A DNA stretch of 64,000 nt from Nostoc sp. DedSLP01 (lineage in GTDB: Bacteria > Cyanobacteriota > Cyanobacteriia > Cyanobacteriales > Nostocaceae): positions 32,001 to 96,000 of the forward strand of contig JAVRCJ020000001.1 in the NCBI GenBank assembly GCA_034530875.2, read 5' to 3'. Position numbers and translations under genes: made by a program. The first letter of the stretch is position 1. Each line of letters opens with the position of its first letter. The notes beneath the pieces were generated by a model. It was not told the DNA's origin. It ran no database searches and saw nothing but the letters and a program-made list of their open reading frames with translations. This document shows, one piece after another, positions 10,510-21,141 of this stretch.

Positions 10510-11865
10510 ATGACATTAGAAACACAGACACTACAGGCTGGACTATCAAATTCTACCTTTGAGACACCTGAAAATAACCAAGAATTTAACTGGAGACAAT
10601 GTTGGTATCCTGTCTGTTTTCTGCAAGATCTGCCAGCAAATCGTCCTTATACTTTTTCGTTATATGAAGAACCTTTTGTTTTGTTCAAAGACCAAAATGG
10701 AAAGTTTGTCTGTTTAACAGATCGTTGTTCTCACCGTGCAGCTAGACTTTCTGATGGACAAATTATTGACGGTAAAATAGAGTGTTCGTATCACGGTTGG
10801 CAGTTTGGCAATAGTGGTCAATGTCTGCACATTCCTCAGTTACCAACTGATGCTAAAATTCCGGTGAATGCTTGCGTCCCATCCTTTAAAGTCGTGGAAG
10901 TTCAAGATATTATTTGGATGTGGGCAGGGGAAGCCCAAACGGCTGTTGATGAGCTAATTCCATCTTTACCAGATTGGGAAAAACCGGAATGCTTCAAGTT
11001 AGATTATCTACGCGACCTACCTTACGACCAAACCTATTTTATTGAAAACATTATCGATCCGGCTCACGTTCCTATCAGTCATGATGGCGTCATGGGAAGC
11101 CGTAAAGATGCCCAAGCGTTGGAAATAGAAGTTATTGAAAGTAACATTCATGGAATTAAGGGAAGGTGGCGGCGAACGCGCACAGCCAATTCACCTTGGA
11201 TTTCATTAGATTTCATTGCTCCTAATTTGATTCTCTACAAATTTGGTAACGAACAGCAAGGTAGGGTTGGAGGCACAGCCTTATATTCCATTCCATTAGG
11301 TAAGGACAGATGCCGGATTTTAATCAGAAATTATGGTAACTTTTTTACCCAAAAAACCAAGCTGATGCCTCCCTGGGTAGATCATATTTTGATGCAAAAC
11401 AAAATTTTAGAAGGTGATTTGCAATTAGTTGTCGAACAAAAGGCACAAATTGAGCGTTTGGGAAAAAGCCTCAAAGAAGTATATTTGCCGCTGAAAACTT
11501 CCGATCCATTAACGATCGAATATCGCAAGTGGCTAGATAAATTTGGGTCGGGTTTACCATTTTATCAAGGTTATTCTACCTCCAAAAATATTGGTAGTAG
11601 CGAGAGCGATCGCAAGTTGATGACCTTAGATCGATTTTCGCAACATACACTTATTTGTCATTCCTGCAATCGAGCTTATCAGGCGACAGATAGACTCAAA
11701 CAAAGTTTCATCGGGGTAGCGATCGCTTTCGCAGCTGTAGCGATACTTACAGATAATTCTGGAATCAAAATAGCAACAATATCGCTTTCTCTAGCAGCAG
11801 TTGCAATGTCGGCTATCGCCCGCAAATTCAAAAGTTTCTTTGAGCGTTCCTACACTCGTAACTAA
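10510..11865 (+). CDS. PaO/Tic55-family Rieske non-heme iron oxygenase, copy 1
   Basis: Rieske CSH...CSYHGW; mononuclear Fe site ENIIDPAHVPISH; C-terminal HTLICHSC and TM helices. Confidence 0.9.
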   Translation: MTLETQTLQAGLSNSTFETPENNQEFNWRQCWYPVCFLQDLPANRPYTFSLYEEPFVLFKDQNGKFVCLTDRCSHRAARLSDGQIIDGKIECSYHGWQFGNSGQCLHIPQLPTDAKIPVNACVPSFKVVEVQDIIWMWAGEAQTAVDELIPSLPDWEKPECFKLDYLRDLPYDQTYFIENIIDPAHVPISHDGVMGSRKDAQALEIEVIESNIHGIKGRWRRTRTANSPWISLDFIAPNLILYKFGNEQQGRVGGTALYSIPLGKDRCRILIRNYGNFFTQKTKLMPPWVDHILMQNKILEGDLQLVVEQKAQIERLGKSLKEVYLPLKTSDPLTIEYRKWLDKFGSGLPFYQGYSTSKNIGSSESDRKLMTLDRFSQHTLICHSCNRAYQATDRLKQSFIGVAIAFAAVAILTDNSGIKIATISLSLAAVAMSAIARKFKSFFERSYTRN

Positions 11866-12063
11866 TAATAAAGGCTGGGAAGTAATCTAAGTATATGTAG
11901 TGGCGCGATCGCCAAGAGGATGGCATCAAAACCTTTGGATAGTACGTTAAGTCCTATAGTTTGATTTATCTGGTTTGACAAGTTCACTCTATAAATGTTC
12001 TATCTCTGGAACTAAGCATTTACGAATCCAAAGGAATAAAATCATAAAAACCTGGAAAAAACT

Positions 12064-13428
12064 ATGTCATTAAAAACAGAGATACTACAGGCTACACCAC
12101 CAACTTCTGCCTTTGAGACACCTGAGGAGAAGCAAGAATTTAACTGGAGGCAATGTTGGTATCCCGTTACCTTTGTGCAAGACTTGCCTACTAACCGCCC
12201 TCATAGCTTTTCCCTGTACGATGAACCTTTGGTTTTGTTCAAAGACCAAAATGGACAGCTTGTCTGTTTATCAGATCGTTGTCCTCACCGTACAGCCAAA
12301 CTTTCTGATGGACAAATTATTGAAGGCAAAATTGAGTGCTTATATCACGGTTGGCAGTTTGGCAGTGATGGCCAATGCCTGCATATTCCCCAATTACCAA
12401 CAGATGCAAAAATCCCAGCTAATGCTTGCGTGCCATCCTTTAAGGTTGTACAACGCCAAGGCATGATTTGGGTGTGGGCTGGCGAAAAAGAAACTGCTAT
12501 TGATGCAAATATCCCAATTCTGCCAGATTTAGATAAGTCTGGATTCGTTTGTGCAGATTTTATATTGGATCTGCCTTACGACCAAACATATCTAGTAGAG
12601 AACGTCATCGATCCTGCTCATGTTGCTATTAGCCATCATGGTACGAGGGGTGGTGGCAATCGCAAAAATGCCCAACCGCTAGAAATGGAAGTGTTAGAGA
12701 GTTCGGTTCGGGGAATTCGAGGCCGGTGGCGGGGAATTAATAAATCAAATGAAGCCTGGAAGTATGTTGATTTTGTCGCTCCAAATCTTCTTCTCAACAA
12801 TGCTTATATTGAAGAACGAGGTTGGACATTTGGACTAGCTTTGTATTCGATTCCTTTAGGCAAAGGGCGATGTCGTCTTTTAGCTAGAGGTTATCGTAAT
12901 TTTATGACTTGGGGAGTCAAGCTAAGACCCCGGTGGCTCGACCACTTAAATACAAATAAAATATTGGAGCAAGATTTACCTCTTCTAATGGGACAACAAG
13001 CAGAAATTGAACGCTTGGGAACAAGTCTCAAAGAACTATATTTGCCGCTGAAAACATCTGACACATTAGCGATCGAGTACCGCAAGTGGCTAGATAAGTT
13101 TGGGTCATCTTTGCCTTTTTATCAAGGTTATTCTACATCTAAAAATGTTCAGAATGACGAGTTGAATTCAAAGCCAATTTTGCTAGACAGATTTTCGCGA
13201 CACACGCTTATTTGTCCTTCCTGCAATCGAGCTTACCAGGTGACAAACAGACTCAAACAAAGTTTTATCGGAATAGCGATCGCTTTTGCAGCTGTAGCGA
13301 TACTTGCAGATGATTCTAGAATCAAAATAGCAACAATATCGCTTTCTCTAGCAGCAGTTGTAATGTCAGCTATAGCCGGCAAATTCAAAACTCACTTTGA
13401 GCGTTCCTACACACGCCACAATCATTAG
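12064..13428 (+). CDS. PaO/Tic55-family Rieske non-heme iron oxygenase, copy 2
   Basis: CPH...CLYHGW; ENVIDPAHVAISH; HTLICPSC; tandem paralog of 10510-11865. Confidence 0.9.
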   Translation: MSLKTEILQATPPTSAFETPEEKQEFNWRQCWYPVTFVQDLPTNRPHSFSLYDEPLVLFKDQNGQLVCLSDRCPHRTAKLSDGQIIEGKIECLYHGWQFGSDGQCLHIPQLPTDAKIPANACVPSFKVVQRQGMIWVWAGEKETAIDANIPILPDLDKSGFVCADFILDLPYDQTYLVENVIDPAHVAISHHGTRGGGNRKNAQPLEMEVLESSVRGIRGRWRGINKSNEAWKYVDFVAPNLLLNNAYIEERGWTFGLALYSIPLGKGRCRLLARGYRNFMTWGVKLRPRWLDHLNTNKILEQDLPLLMGQQAEIERLGTSLKELYLPLKTSDTLAIEYRKWLDKFGSSLPFYQGYSTSKNVQNDELNSKPILLDRFSRHTLICPSCNRAYQVTNRLKQSFIGIAIAFAAVAILADDSRIKIATISLSLAAVVMSAIAGKFKTHFERSYTRHNH

Positions 13429-13552
13429 ACTTCTTGCAGAAGTTGGGAAAAGGGGAAAGGGAAAGGGGGAAAGGTTTGGTATTTTCCTTTCCCCAATAAA
13501 GATGCATCTCTTTGACCACAAGAGTGCAAAAAACACTTTTGCAAGAGGTCTA
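13426..13552. mobile_element. MITE, TA-flanked, TIR TAGAC(C/T)TCTTGCA(A/G)AAGT
   Basis: Left TAGACTTCTTGCAGAAGT and right ACTTTTGCAAGAGGTCTA (16/18 inverted match); relatives at 23330 and 47706-47948. Confidence 0.75.
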
Positions 13553-13708
13553 TTCGTAATACTCGCCTCCGGCGAGAAGCAAGCTACGTAATTCGTAATT
13601 AAATACGTACAACCCGCTTGATTCATCAATATAAATATAAAAACGGGTAGTATTATTATTTCAAGTCTACGACTGAAGTTATAGGATAAAATTACGAATT
13701 ACGAATTA

Positions 13709-16700
13709 TTAAGTGTTTATTAAAGAAATACCAGCTTGAGAAACTAAAAGTTGTAATATTTCCAAGCGTGGATTTGTAAAAACTCCCACAGATAAGTCAT
13801 TTTCTAAATAAAGTAAGCCAATGAATTGCCCTTGATGAATTAAGGGACAACAATAGACAGATTTTGGTTGAGTTTTGAGAATATAAGGATCGTTAATAAA
13901 AATGCCCTCAACTCTTGCATTATTTAAGACGATAGTTTTTTGCGTTCTCTCGACATAGTTAATCACTGAAATCGGCAATTCTGGTAGTGATTCTGCGATT
14001 GTAAGTGAAGATAACAAGCGTACCTCATGTTCCAGAGATGTTGATTTCGATGTTATTAGTTGGAGTTGATTGTTAATTGGAAAATCTTGGCGATCGCTAA
14101 CAGCTACTGGTTCTAATTGTCCAGCTTTTGACAATAATAGAACGCCTTTAGATGCACCAGCATACTCGACAGTAATAAGCATTAATTGAGCAAGCAATTT
14201 GTCAAAGCTCCTTTCAAATGCAATTGCTTGCAAAGCTTTGGCAATTGCGGCTACATCCAGCGCGGCTGTCTGTATTGTTGATTTAGCAGTAACTATTGTG
14301 TGGCTAATATCCCGGTTAATATTTTCTCGTTGCAAAATTCTGCAAAAGAATTCTGGATATCTTAATTCTAAATCTTTGACTTTTGCTTTTGCTCCCCAGC
14401 GAATATAGGCATAGTAAGACTTAATTAAATAAACTTCAGCTAGAGCCTCTTGATTGCTAGCAAAATAAAACTCAGCTACTAACTCATTGGCTAAAGCTTC
14501 TTCCTGAATATAACCAGATTTAGCAGCTGCTTCAATGGCTTCTTTGTAATGAGCGATCGCTTGCGTATGATTTCCTAAAACTCGTGCTTTTTCAGCTTCA
14601 ACTAATTCATATTTGTGCCGATAATTTTCTGGAGCTTGTTCTGCCCAATTGCGCATTTTTTGCTGATTAATTTCCACCTTTTGTAAAAGCTGATTTTTAG
14701 CTTTTGCATTCTGCTGCTTTGGATAACTAGCTAACAACGCCAAAGAATAATAAAAATTGTGTGCTGCTAAGGTTATAAATCCCAGAATATTTGCCGTATA
14801 TCTTTGTGCCAATTCTGCCTTTTCTACAGATTGGTCGTACTCTTTAAACAAATACAGCAGCATTGCTTTATAGAAGTAAGTCATAAACAATGAAGTCATG
14901 ACATTTGCCGCCTCAAAAACTGGCAGCATTTCTTGTTCATTAAAGCTATCGCCAATTAAACGGCAGGGATTGGCTGATTCACCTAATAAATTAGCTTCCG
15001 TTTGTCTGACCGTACTAATTGAATGAATGGCATATTCTTGTTTCAGCTTCCGCATTAAATCAATATAGGGTTTTTGGCAAGCATTAACATTATCTAAATG
15101 CTCTCCCAGTAAAAATGTGTAGTGACAATAATTAATACTGCTGTAACCTGCATATTCTATATCGCCTGCTTCTAAACTCATTTGCAGAGCGTCTACAAAA
15201 GCTGGAATTGTTTCTCTAGCATGTTCTTTCCAATGGCGAACAAAAGCATTAAATATATTCACAACTTTGCATTTTAGTTCTGAATTTTCAAAACGCTCTA
15301 GCAGCTTCATCGCTAGCTGTCCAAATTCATATCCGGACTTAATATCTCCAAACGCACCACATAGCAGCCAGCCATAAAGAGCATATCCATAAGCAGCCTG
15401 GGGCGAATTTCCATATCGCACACTCAGATTAACCATCTTAAATGTGACGAGGGGGAATAAATTAGGAGTTGTTAGATAAGCAGGAATAAGGACACTAATT
15501 AAAATCCGCATTGCCGCGATTTTATAAGGATCTGTCATCTCTGGCAACTGGGCTAAATTATCAATTCCCTTAGCTGCGACAACTATTTTAGTTACAAGCG
15601 AACTACTGTTAACTGCACATTTACTAGGTGCTTTCGGCAGAGAAATTCCCAGAATTTTTAATGCCTCTAAAGCGGTATCTATCGCCTCTAACATTTGGTT
15701 TTGAGCGACATAGACTTGAATTTTTGTCTCGTAGACCTTAATTTTTTCTAGAGGTTTTTTAGCTTTAGCTAAAACAATATTTGATAGTTGTTCGGCTCGC
15801 TCATAATTGGTGTTGAGGTACTCAGCTTCTACCATTGTGGTATAAAGATTAAGTGCTAGCTCGTAATTACTAGACCAAGCTGTTTTAGGAAGCAGTCCTA
15901 AACCAATATTTAAATACTTAACAGCGGCTTCATAAGCTGTTGCTTGCTTAGCTTTAGAACCAGCAATTAAATTTAACGAGGCTAGATGTTCTTTGTCTGT
16001 TGGTTGAGTTATTAATTCCAGCCCGATATTAAGCTGGTTGACAATATCAAAGATATTTTCTTCTAGGGCTGAATCAGGTGTCTTATGCAATAACAAGCGG
16101 CCGATACTTAAGTGTGTCTTTTGTTTGTCGTCATCGGGAATTAGAGAATATGCTGCTTGCTGCACGCGATCGTGGAGAAATTTGTAAGCAATTTTGACAT
16201 TATCTACTTGGCAATGCTCCTGTTCCGATCTTTCTACAAACATAGGAATTTTGTATGCTTGGGAGAGTGGCAAAATTAAGCCAGCTTGCAACGCTTCCCA
16301 CAGGGCATTAGCAGTCTCTTGTAATGATTTCTTATAAACAACTGCTAGATTTTCTAAAGTAAATTCATGCCCCATACAAGCCCCTAATTTTAAAACTTGC
16401 TGGGTTGCGTCTGGTAGTTTTTGGAGGTTTCTGGCTACCAATTCGACGACGCTATAATCTGTAATCCCTAGCGCTTGAATTTGCAGAATTTCCCACTGCC
16501 ATTGTTTAAGACTAAAGTTAAAATGCAACAAACCTTCAGCATAAAGTGTTTGCAGCATTTGAGTCAGGAAAAAGGGATTGCCCTGGGTTTTGTTATAAAT
16601 TAATTCAGCTAAATTTCTTACCTTTTCTCGATTGTTTTCTTGTACGTAAAAGCTTTGGGGCGTTAGAGTTTTATTGAAGGTATCGTTAATTAATTCACAA

Positions 16701-18286
16701 ATATTGTCAAAGTTTAATGGCTGAAGCACGATGTTATGCACTACATCTTTACGGGAGTAAATTCTTTCAATTGTAACGATCGTGGGATGAGTTGGGCTGA
16801 CTTCATTATCTCGATACGCACCTATCAACAATAAATATTTACTATCTTTATTGCAGATGACGTTCTCAATTAATTTTAGCGATGGAGCATCTGCCCACTG
16901 TAAATCATCTAAAAATAAAACAAGTGGATGTTCTACCTTAGCGAAAACATCGAAGAATTGTTGAAAAACTCGATCTAAGCGATTTTGAAATTCGGTAGCT
17001 CCGAGTTCAGGTATAGGCGGTTGAGAGCCAATAATGTGTTCTACTTCTGGAATTACGTCAATAATTACTTGAGCGTTTGCACCTAAAGCTGTTAAAAGAT
17101 TTTGTTTCCAAGTGGCAATTTTTTCGGGGCTTTGTGTTAGTATCTGCTGAATTAAAGCTTGAAAAGCTTGAATTAAGGCTGCATAAGGAATATTTTTCTT
17201 AAATTGGTCAAACTTACCAGAAATAAAATATCCACGTTGTTGCAGAATGGGTTTGTGGATTTCATTAATGACACTGGTTTTACCAATTCCAGAGTACCCA
17301 GAAACCAGCATCATTTCTGTAGTACCAGCGCTGACTCGCTCAAATGCTTGTAGTAGCGATCGCACTTCTCGAGTTCGTCCGTAAAGTTTTTGGGGAATCA
17401 AAAATTGGCCGGATCGATCTAAATCTCCTAAAGCAAATTCGGTGATTTCACCTTGAGATTGCAACTGATATAAGCAAGTTTCTAAATCTGCTTTTAAACC
17501 CAGAGCATTTTGATATCTATCCTCAGCAGTTTTCGCCATTAACTTCAACACAATATCTGACACCGCTTTCGGTATTTCTGGGCTAACTTCGTGCGGTAGT
17601 CTGGGATTTTTGGCTATATGACAGTGTACTAATTCCAAAGGATCGATTGTTGTAAAGGGTAACTGACCCGTCAACATTTCATAGAAAGTAACACCAAGAG
17701 AATAAAAATCTGTGCGGTAGTCAACAGACCGATTCATTCTTGCGGTTTGCTCTGGGGAAATATAAGCCAGGGTTCCTTCTAACTTTTCAGGATTGTTAAT
17801 ACAAGGATTTTCTTTAGAAAGTCGAGAAGCAATACTGAAATCAATTAATTTGACTGTCAAGCTATCGGGATCTAAAAGGATATTTTGGGGGTTTATATCT
17901 TTATGAATAATGTGGTTTTTATGTACGTTATGTAAGATTTCAGCTAACTGAATAGCAAGCGGAAGAAACGACAAAACTGGCAATTTCCCTAAAGTCAATA
18001 ATTTTTGAAAAGATATACCCCAAAAATCTTCTAAAATTATTGCCGAACTGTGGCCGTAATGCTCCAAACTCTTTACTTTTGCTATTCCTTTGATATCCGC
18101 TAAAACCTCAAGAATTGTATATTCATGGCGCAGCCTTGTAATCTCTTCTAAGGTTGGATATTCAGCGTTTATAGTTTTGATAATAACTGTAGAGAAGTCT
18201 GACTCTCGCCGAGCACGATAAATAGCGGTATCTATACCCTCATGCAAGCATTCGTTGAGTAAGTAACCAGGTAGGTTGACAACCAT
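13709..18286 (-). CDS. Ser/Thr kinase - AAA ATPase - GAF protein (HstK-type architecture without His-kinase module)
   Basis: IIHKDINPQN, KLIDF, GTLAYISPEQ; P-loop GYSGIGKT; LDDLQWAD; C-terminal GAF ending VSQAGISLINT*. Confidence 0.92.
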   Translation of the reverse strand: MVVNLPGYLLNECLHEGIDTAIYRARRESDFSTVIIKTINAEYPTLEEITRLRHEYTILEVLADIKGIAKVKSLEHYGHSSAIILEDFWGISFQKLLTLGKLPVLSFLPLAIQLAEILHNVHKNHIIHKDINPQNILLDPDSLTVKLIDFSIASRLSKENPCINNPEKLEGTLAYISPEQTARMNRSVDYRTDFYSLGVTFYEMLTGQLPFTTIDPLELVHCHIAKNPRLPHEVSPEIPKAVSDIVLKLMAKTAEDRYQNALGLKADLETCLYQLQSQGEITEFALGDLDRSGQFLIPQKLYGRTREVRSLLQAFERVSAGTTEMMLVSGYSGIGKTSVINEIHKPILQQRGYFISGKFDQFKKNIPYAALIQAFQALIQQILTQSPEKIATWKQNLLTALGANAQVIIDVIPEVEHIIGSQPPIPELGATEFQNRLDRVFQQFFDVFAKVEHPLVLFLDDLQWADAPSLKLIENVICNKDSKYLLLIGAYRDNEVSPTHPTIVTIERIYSRKDVVHNIVLQPLNFDNICELINDTFNKTLTPQSFYVQENNREKVRNLAELIYNKTQGNPFFLTQMLQTLYAEGLLHFNFSLKQWQWEILQIQALGITDYSVVELVARNLQKLPDATQQVLKLGACMGHEFTLENLAVVYKKSLQETANALWEALQAGLILPLSQAYKIPMFVERSEQEHCQVDNVKIAYKFLHDRVQQAAYSLIPDDDKQKTHLSIGRLLLHKTPDSALEENIFDIVNQLNIGLELITQPTDKEHLASLNLIAGSKAKQATAYEAAVKYLNIGLGLLPKTAWSSNYELALNLYTTMVEAEYLNTNYERAEQLSNIVLAKAKKPLEKIKVYETKIQVYVAQNQMLEAIDTALEALKILGISLPKAPSKCAVNSSSLVTKIVVAAKGIDNLAQLPEMTDPYKIAAMRILISVLIPAYLTTPNLFPLVTFKMVNLSVRYGNSPQAAYGYALYGWLLCGAFGDIKSGYEFGQLAMKLLERFENSELKCKVVNIFNAFVRHWKEHARETIPAFVDALQMSLEAGDIEYAGYSSINYCHYTFLLGEHLDNVNACQKPYIDLMRKLKQEYAIHSISTVRQTEANLLGESANPCRLIGDSFNEQEMLPVFEAANVMTSLFMTYFYKAMLLYLFKEYDQSVEKAELAQRYTANILGFITLAAHNFYYSLALLASYPKQQNAKAKNQLLQKVEINQQKMRNWAEQAPENYRHKYELVEAEKARVLGNHTQAIAHYKEAIEAAAKSGYIQEEALANELVAEFYFASNQEALAEVYLIKSYYAYIRWGAKAKVKDLELRYPEFFCRILQRENINRDISHTIVTAKSTIQTAALDVAAIAKALQAIAFERSFDKLLAQLMLITVEYAGASKGVLLLSKAGQLEPVAVSDRQDFPINNQLQLITSKSTSLEHEVRLLSSLTIAESLPELPISVINYVERTQKTIVLNNARVEGIFINDPYILKTQPKSVYCCPLIHQGQFIGLLYLENDLSVGVFTNPRLEILQLLVSQAGISLINT

Positions 18287-18769
18287 TTTTCTATTAAGTT
18301 TCTATTATTATTCGTAATTTTATTTGCCAATTGTGAGTATTTGATGAAGATGAAATATTCAGTAACAAAAGTTTATGCGTATGCGATCGCTAAAAAGCTT
18401 TATCTGCTGTGCATACTATTGTTTTATCGCTAGAACACTGATTCTATATGCACTGTTGGGGTATGGGCTGCTCAGCATTATGGGTAAAATTTTTGGCAAT
18501 GATTAAGAATCTGAAGCACACCTTTGTTAAGTAATTTTTAAGTAATATTTATTACTAAATATGTAATGAAACAAGTATAGAACCAACAGTGGGCATATCC
18601 TAAAAATTACAGCTAATACCAATTAAAAATGGCGTTGTTTGATGGATGCGGAGAATGGTAAATTATACTCATTACCTGTTTGCTCTCCAGTTTCAACCTG
18701 ACGATAAAAACTAAAAGCAGCTACAAAGTTCGTAATTGCAACTCTTACGAATAGAAAATGGCATAACTT

Positions 18770-19405
18770 ATGAAACTTCAGACATCACTTGTTGCAACTA
18801 TTTTCTCTTTAGCATCAATTGCTATCTCCTTGCCAGTGAAAGCGGATACCGTTAACGCTCGCTGCGATGTTTATCCCAAAGGGGAAGATCGGGCTACGTC
18901 TTCCACTCCCTGTACCTTTTCCCAACGGCAGGGTGCAATTGGTATCGAATTGCAAAATGGCAAACGCTATGACTTACGTCCCGTCGGTAATAAACCCGGC
19001 AACTATCAAGATCGAGATGGTCGTCCTGCCTATCGACAGTCCGGACTGGGTGACAGGGGGCAAATTTATCGCCTCGCCAATGAGTCGATTTATGTCTACT
19101 GGGATACTGCTCCGTTTCGACAAAATTCAGGTCGTACAAATCATCGCAGGTCTTCTACTTCTAGTTCCCATCCTGATGCTGGTACATCTGTCTCTGGCTT
19201 GAGTGATTTGGTGGGTGCTAGAGCAGGACAGGCAGAAAACTCGGTGAAAGAACGGGGCTATCGGTTCTTCAAGAGTTCTCCTTCAGCTGATGCCGTCTAT
19301 AGCTATTGGCGTGAAGCCAATACCAACTACTGTGTGACGATCCGAACAGAGCAAGGACGTTACCAGTCGATCGCTTATGCAACTCCTCTTGATTGTAATA
19401 AGTAG
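18770..19405 (+). CDS. hypothetical secreted protein
   Basis: Signal peptide (MKLQ...PVKA); two small Cys-containing domains joined by a Ser-rich linker. Confidence 0.8.
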   Translation: MKLQTSLVATIFSLASIAISLPVKADTVNARCDVYPKGEDRATSSTPCTFSQRQGAIGIELQNGKRYDLRPVGNKPGNYQDRDGRPAYRQSGLGDRGQIYRLANESIYVYWDTAPFRQNSGRTNHRRSSTSSSHPDAGTSVSGLSDLVGARAGQAENSVKERGYRFFKSSPSADAVYSYWREANTNYCVTIRTEQGRYQSIAYATPLDCNK

Positions 19406-19416
19406 CTTCTATAGCT

Positions 19417-19522
19417 CAATACACTTGGGTTAAGGAATTTGTCTGTTAAGGCAGGGGGGCAGAGGGAGCAGAGGGGGCAGAGGAGGCAGGGGGGGAGAAG
19501 AAAGCTTAACTGAAGGTTATTG
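19417..19522. mobile_element. MITE-like element with internal GGGGCAGA repeats
   Basis: Imperfect TIRs CAATACACTTGGGTTAAG ... CTTAACTGAAGGTTATTG. Confidence 0.6.
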
Positions 19523-19526
19523 TGCT

Positions 19527-19636
19527 ATGGGACTCATATTTGATTTTTGCGAAGCTAGGTATACCTTTATTCCTTCTTCCCAGTCCCCAGTCCCCAGTCT
19601 CTACTAGTAATTCTCCGAATCAAATCGGATTGGTAC
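19527..19636. mobile_element. MITE-like element with internal CCCCAGT STRR
   Basis: Degenerate ends GGACTCATATTTGATT ... AATCAAATCGGATTGG around (ccccagt)n. Confidence 0.45.
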
Positions 19637-19641
19637 ATAAT

Positions 19642-21132
19642 TCACAACAATTCAAAATATTCTCTTTGCTCCCAGCTAGTTACTTGCTTTAAATACTCTT
19701 CTGGTGGTATCTCGCCAACTGACTGCAAAAAGCGATTAATTTCGCTCTCTTTCATCTTGACAATAAAGTTTATGAACTGCTGCCCCAGTTTTTGAGTAAA
19801 AAGTTCGCTTTCGCTCAAATATGAAATTGCCTCTGGCAAACTTTTGGGCAAGGTGGGATTTTCTGTATTGTAAGGTTCCTCTGTTGGCGAACCAGGATCG
19901 AGTTTATTATCTACACCATCTAAACCAGAAATTAATTGCGATGCCATGTAGAGATAGGGATTGGCTGCTGGTTCTCCAATTCGGTTTTCGATGTGGGTAG
20001 TGGGGTCATCAAAACCGCCTTGCAATCTAATCATTGCGCCGCGGTTTTCTAATCCCCAGCCTGCACGGTCGGGGGCTAGGGAATAAGGTCTAAATCTTTT
20101 GTAGCCGTTAATTGTCGGGGCTGCGAACACAGAAGCAGCATTGGCATGTTTGAGAAGGCCGCCAATAAAGTGTTTGCCTAAATCCGACATCAAGGTTTGG
20201 GAGTTTGCAGACATGAAAGCGTTTTCGCCTGTGGTTTTGTCTACAAGGGATTGGTGCAAATGCCAACCATTAGAAGAACATCCTTGCAGTCCTGGGCGAC
20301 ACATAAATGATGCAATGTAACCTTGTTGACGGCAGATTTGCTTGGTTGCCATGCGGAATATCATCATTGTATCCGCAGCTTGCAATGCCGGAATTGGCTC
20401 GAAGGTAAATTCAAATTGACCGGCGCCGCCTTCGCTTTCTACACTCCTTAAAGGCAATTCCATTTCAACTAAGTTTTCTGCTAGGAGACGCAGTAAATCA
20501 TGAATCTCTGGATTGGGAGATTCTAAAAGGTATTGGTAATTATGCTCTACGGCGCTGACTTTGGCAGGTTCGCTGGGTTTACCAGAAGTACCAACATTAG
20601 CGATCGCTAACATCGGATCTTCTAATTTTGCCAGATACCACTCGACTTCTAAGCCGACAATATGCTCTAACCCTCTTTGATGTAACTCTCGCAATGCTTG
20701 GCGCAAAATCCCGCGACTGGAAAACGGCATTGGCTGACCATTTTGAAAGTACTCATCGCAGAGAATAAACCCAGTGCGTTTTGCCCAAGGCACAATTTTA
20801 AAGGTATGAGGATCGGGAATAGCGACGAGATTTGGCGCACCTGTCATCAAAGGCATGTCTAAGCTACCGCCGGGAACGAAAGGATTAAATACGATCGCCC
20901 CACCAGTATCAAACAAAAATGTCCCCGTGCTGATTTGCATACCGTTTTCCAAGGCGCCCAAAAACGCTTGCGGTAACAGCGACTTACTGCGAAGAATGCC
21001 ATGCTGGTCTGTCCAAGCAGTACGAATCAATAATAGATCCTGCTCTTTAATAACAGCCTTAATCTTTTGTGCTGCTTCTTTTTGGATGTCTGTCCACAGA
21101 TGATGGCGATCGATAAATCCGGGTCTTTTCAT
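19642..21132 (-). CDS. Glutamine-synthetase-like gamma-glutamyl ligase, AtdA1/TdnQ-like
   Basis: GS fold motifs GLEVEWY, GWHLHQS, RPYSLAPDR, ENRIGEPAANPYLY; N-terminal FI..H.LWTD.Q..AA and C-terminal VT.WE.REYFELL as recalled for AtdA1/TdnQ. Confidence 0.88.
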   Translation of the reverse strand: MKRPGFIDRHHLWTDIQKEAAQKIKAVIKEQDLLLIRTAWTDQHGILRSKSLLPQAFLGALENGMQISTGTFLFDTGGAIVFNPFVPGGSLDMPLMTGAPNLVAIPDPHTFKIVPWAKRTGFILCDEYFQNGQPMPFSSRGILRQALRELHQRGLEHIVGLEVEWYLAKLEDPMLAIANVGTSGKPSEPAKVSAVEHNYQYLLESPNPEIHDLLRLLAENLVEMELPLRSVESEGGAGQFEFTFEPIPALQAADTMMIFRMATKQICRQQGYIASFMCRPGLQGCSSNGWHLHQSLVDKTTGENAFMSANSQTLMSDLGKHFIGGLLKHANAASVFAAPTINGYKRFRPYSLAPDRAGWGLENRGAMIRLQGGFDDPTTHIENRIGEPAANPYLYMASQLISGLDGVDNKLDPGSPTEEPYNTENPTLPKSLPEAISYLSESELFTQKLGQQFINFIVKMKESEINRFLQSVGEIPPEEYLKQVTSWEQREYFELL

Positions 21133-21141
21133 TTGGCTTAC

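Noticed and set aside
18542..18555. NtcA-like site GTA-N8-TAC (GTAATATTTATTAC)
   Set aside because: Lacks the T/A flanks and has no TAN3T at the expected spacing; likely chance in AT-rich DNA
19642..21132. Housekeeping glutamine synthetase glnA
   Set aside because: Sequence and context fit the AtdA1/TdnQ-type gamma-glutamyl ligases, not GSI
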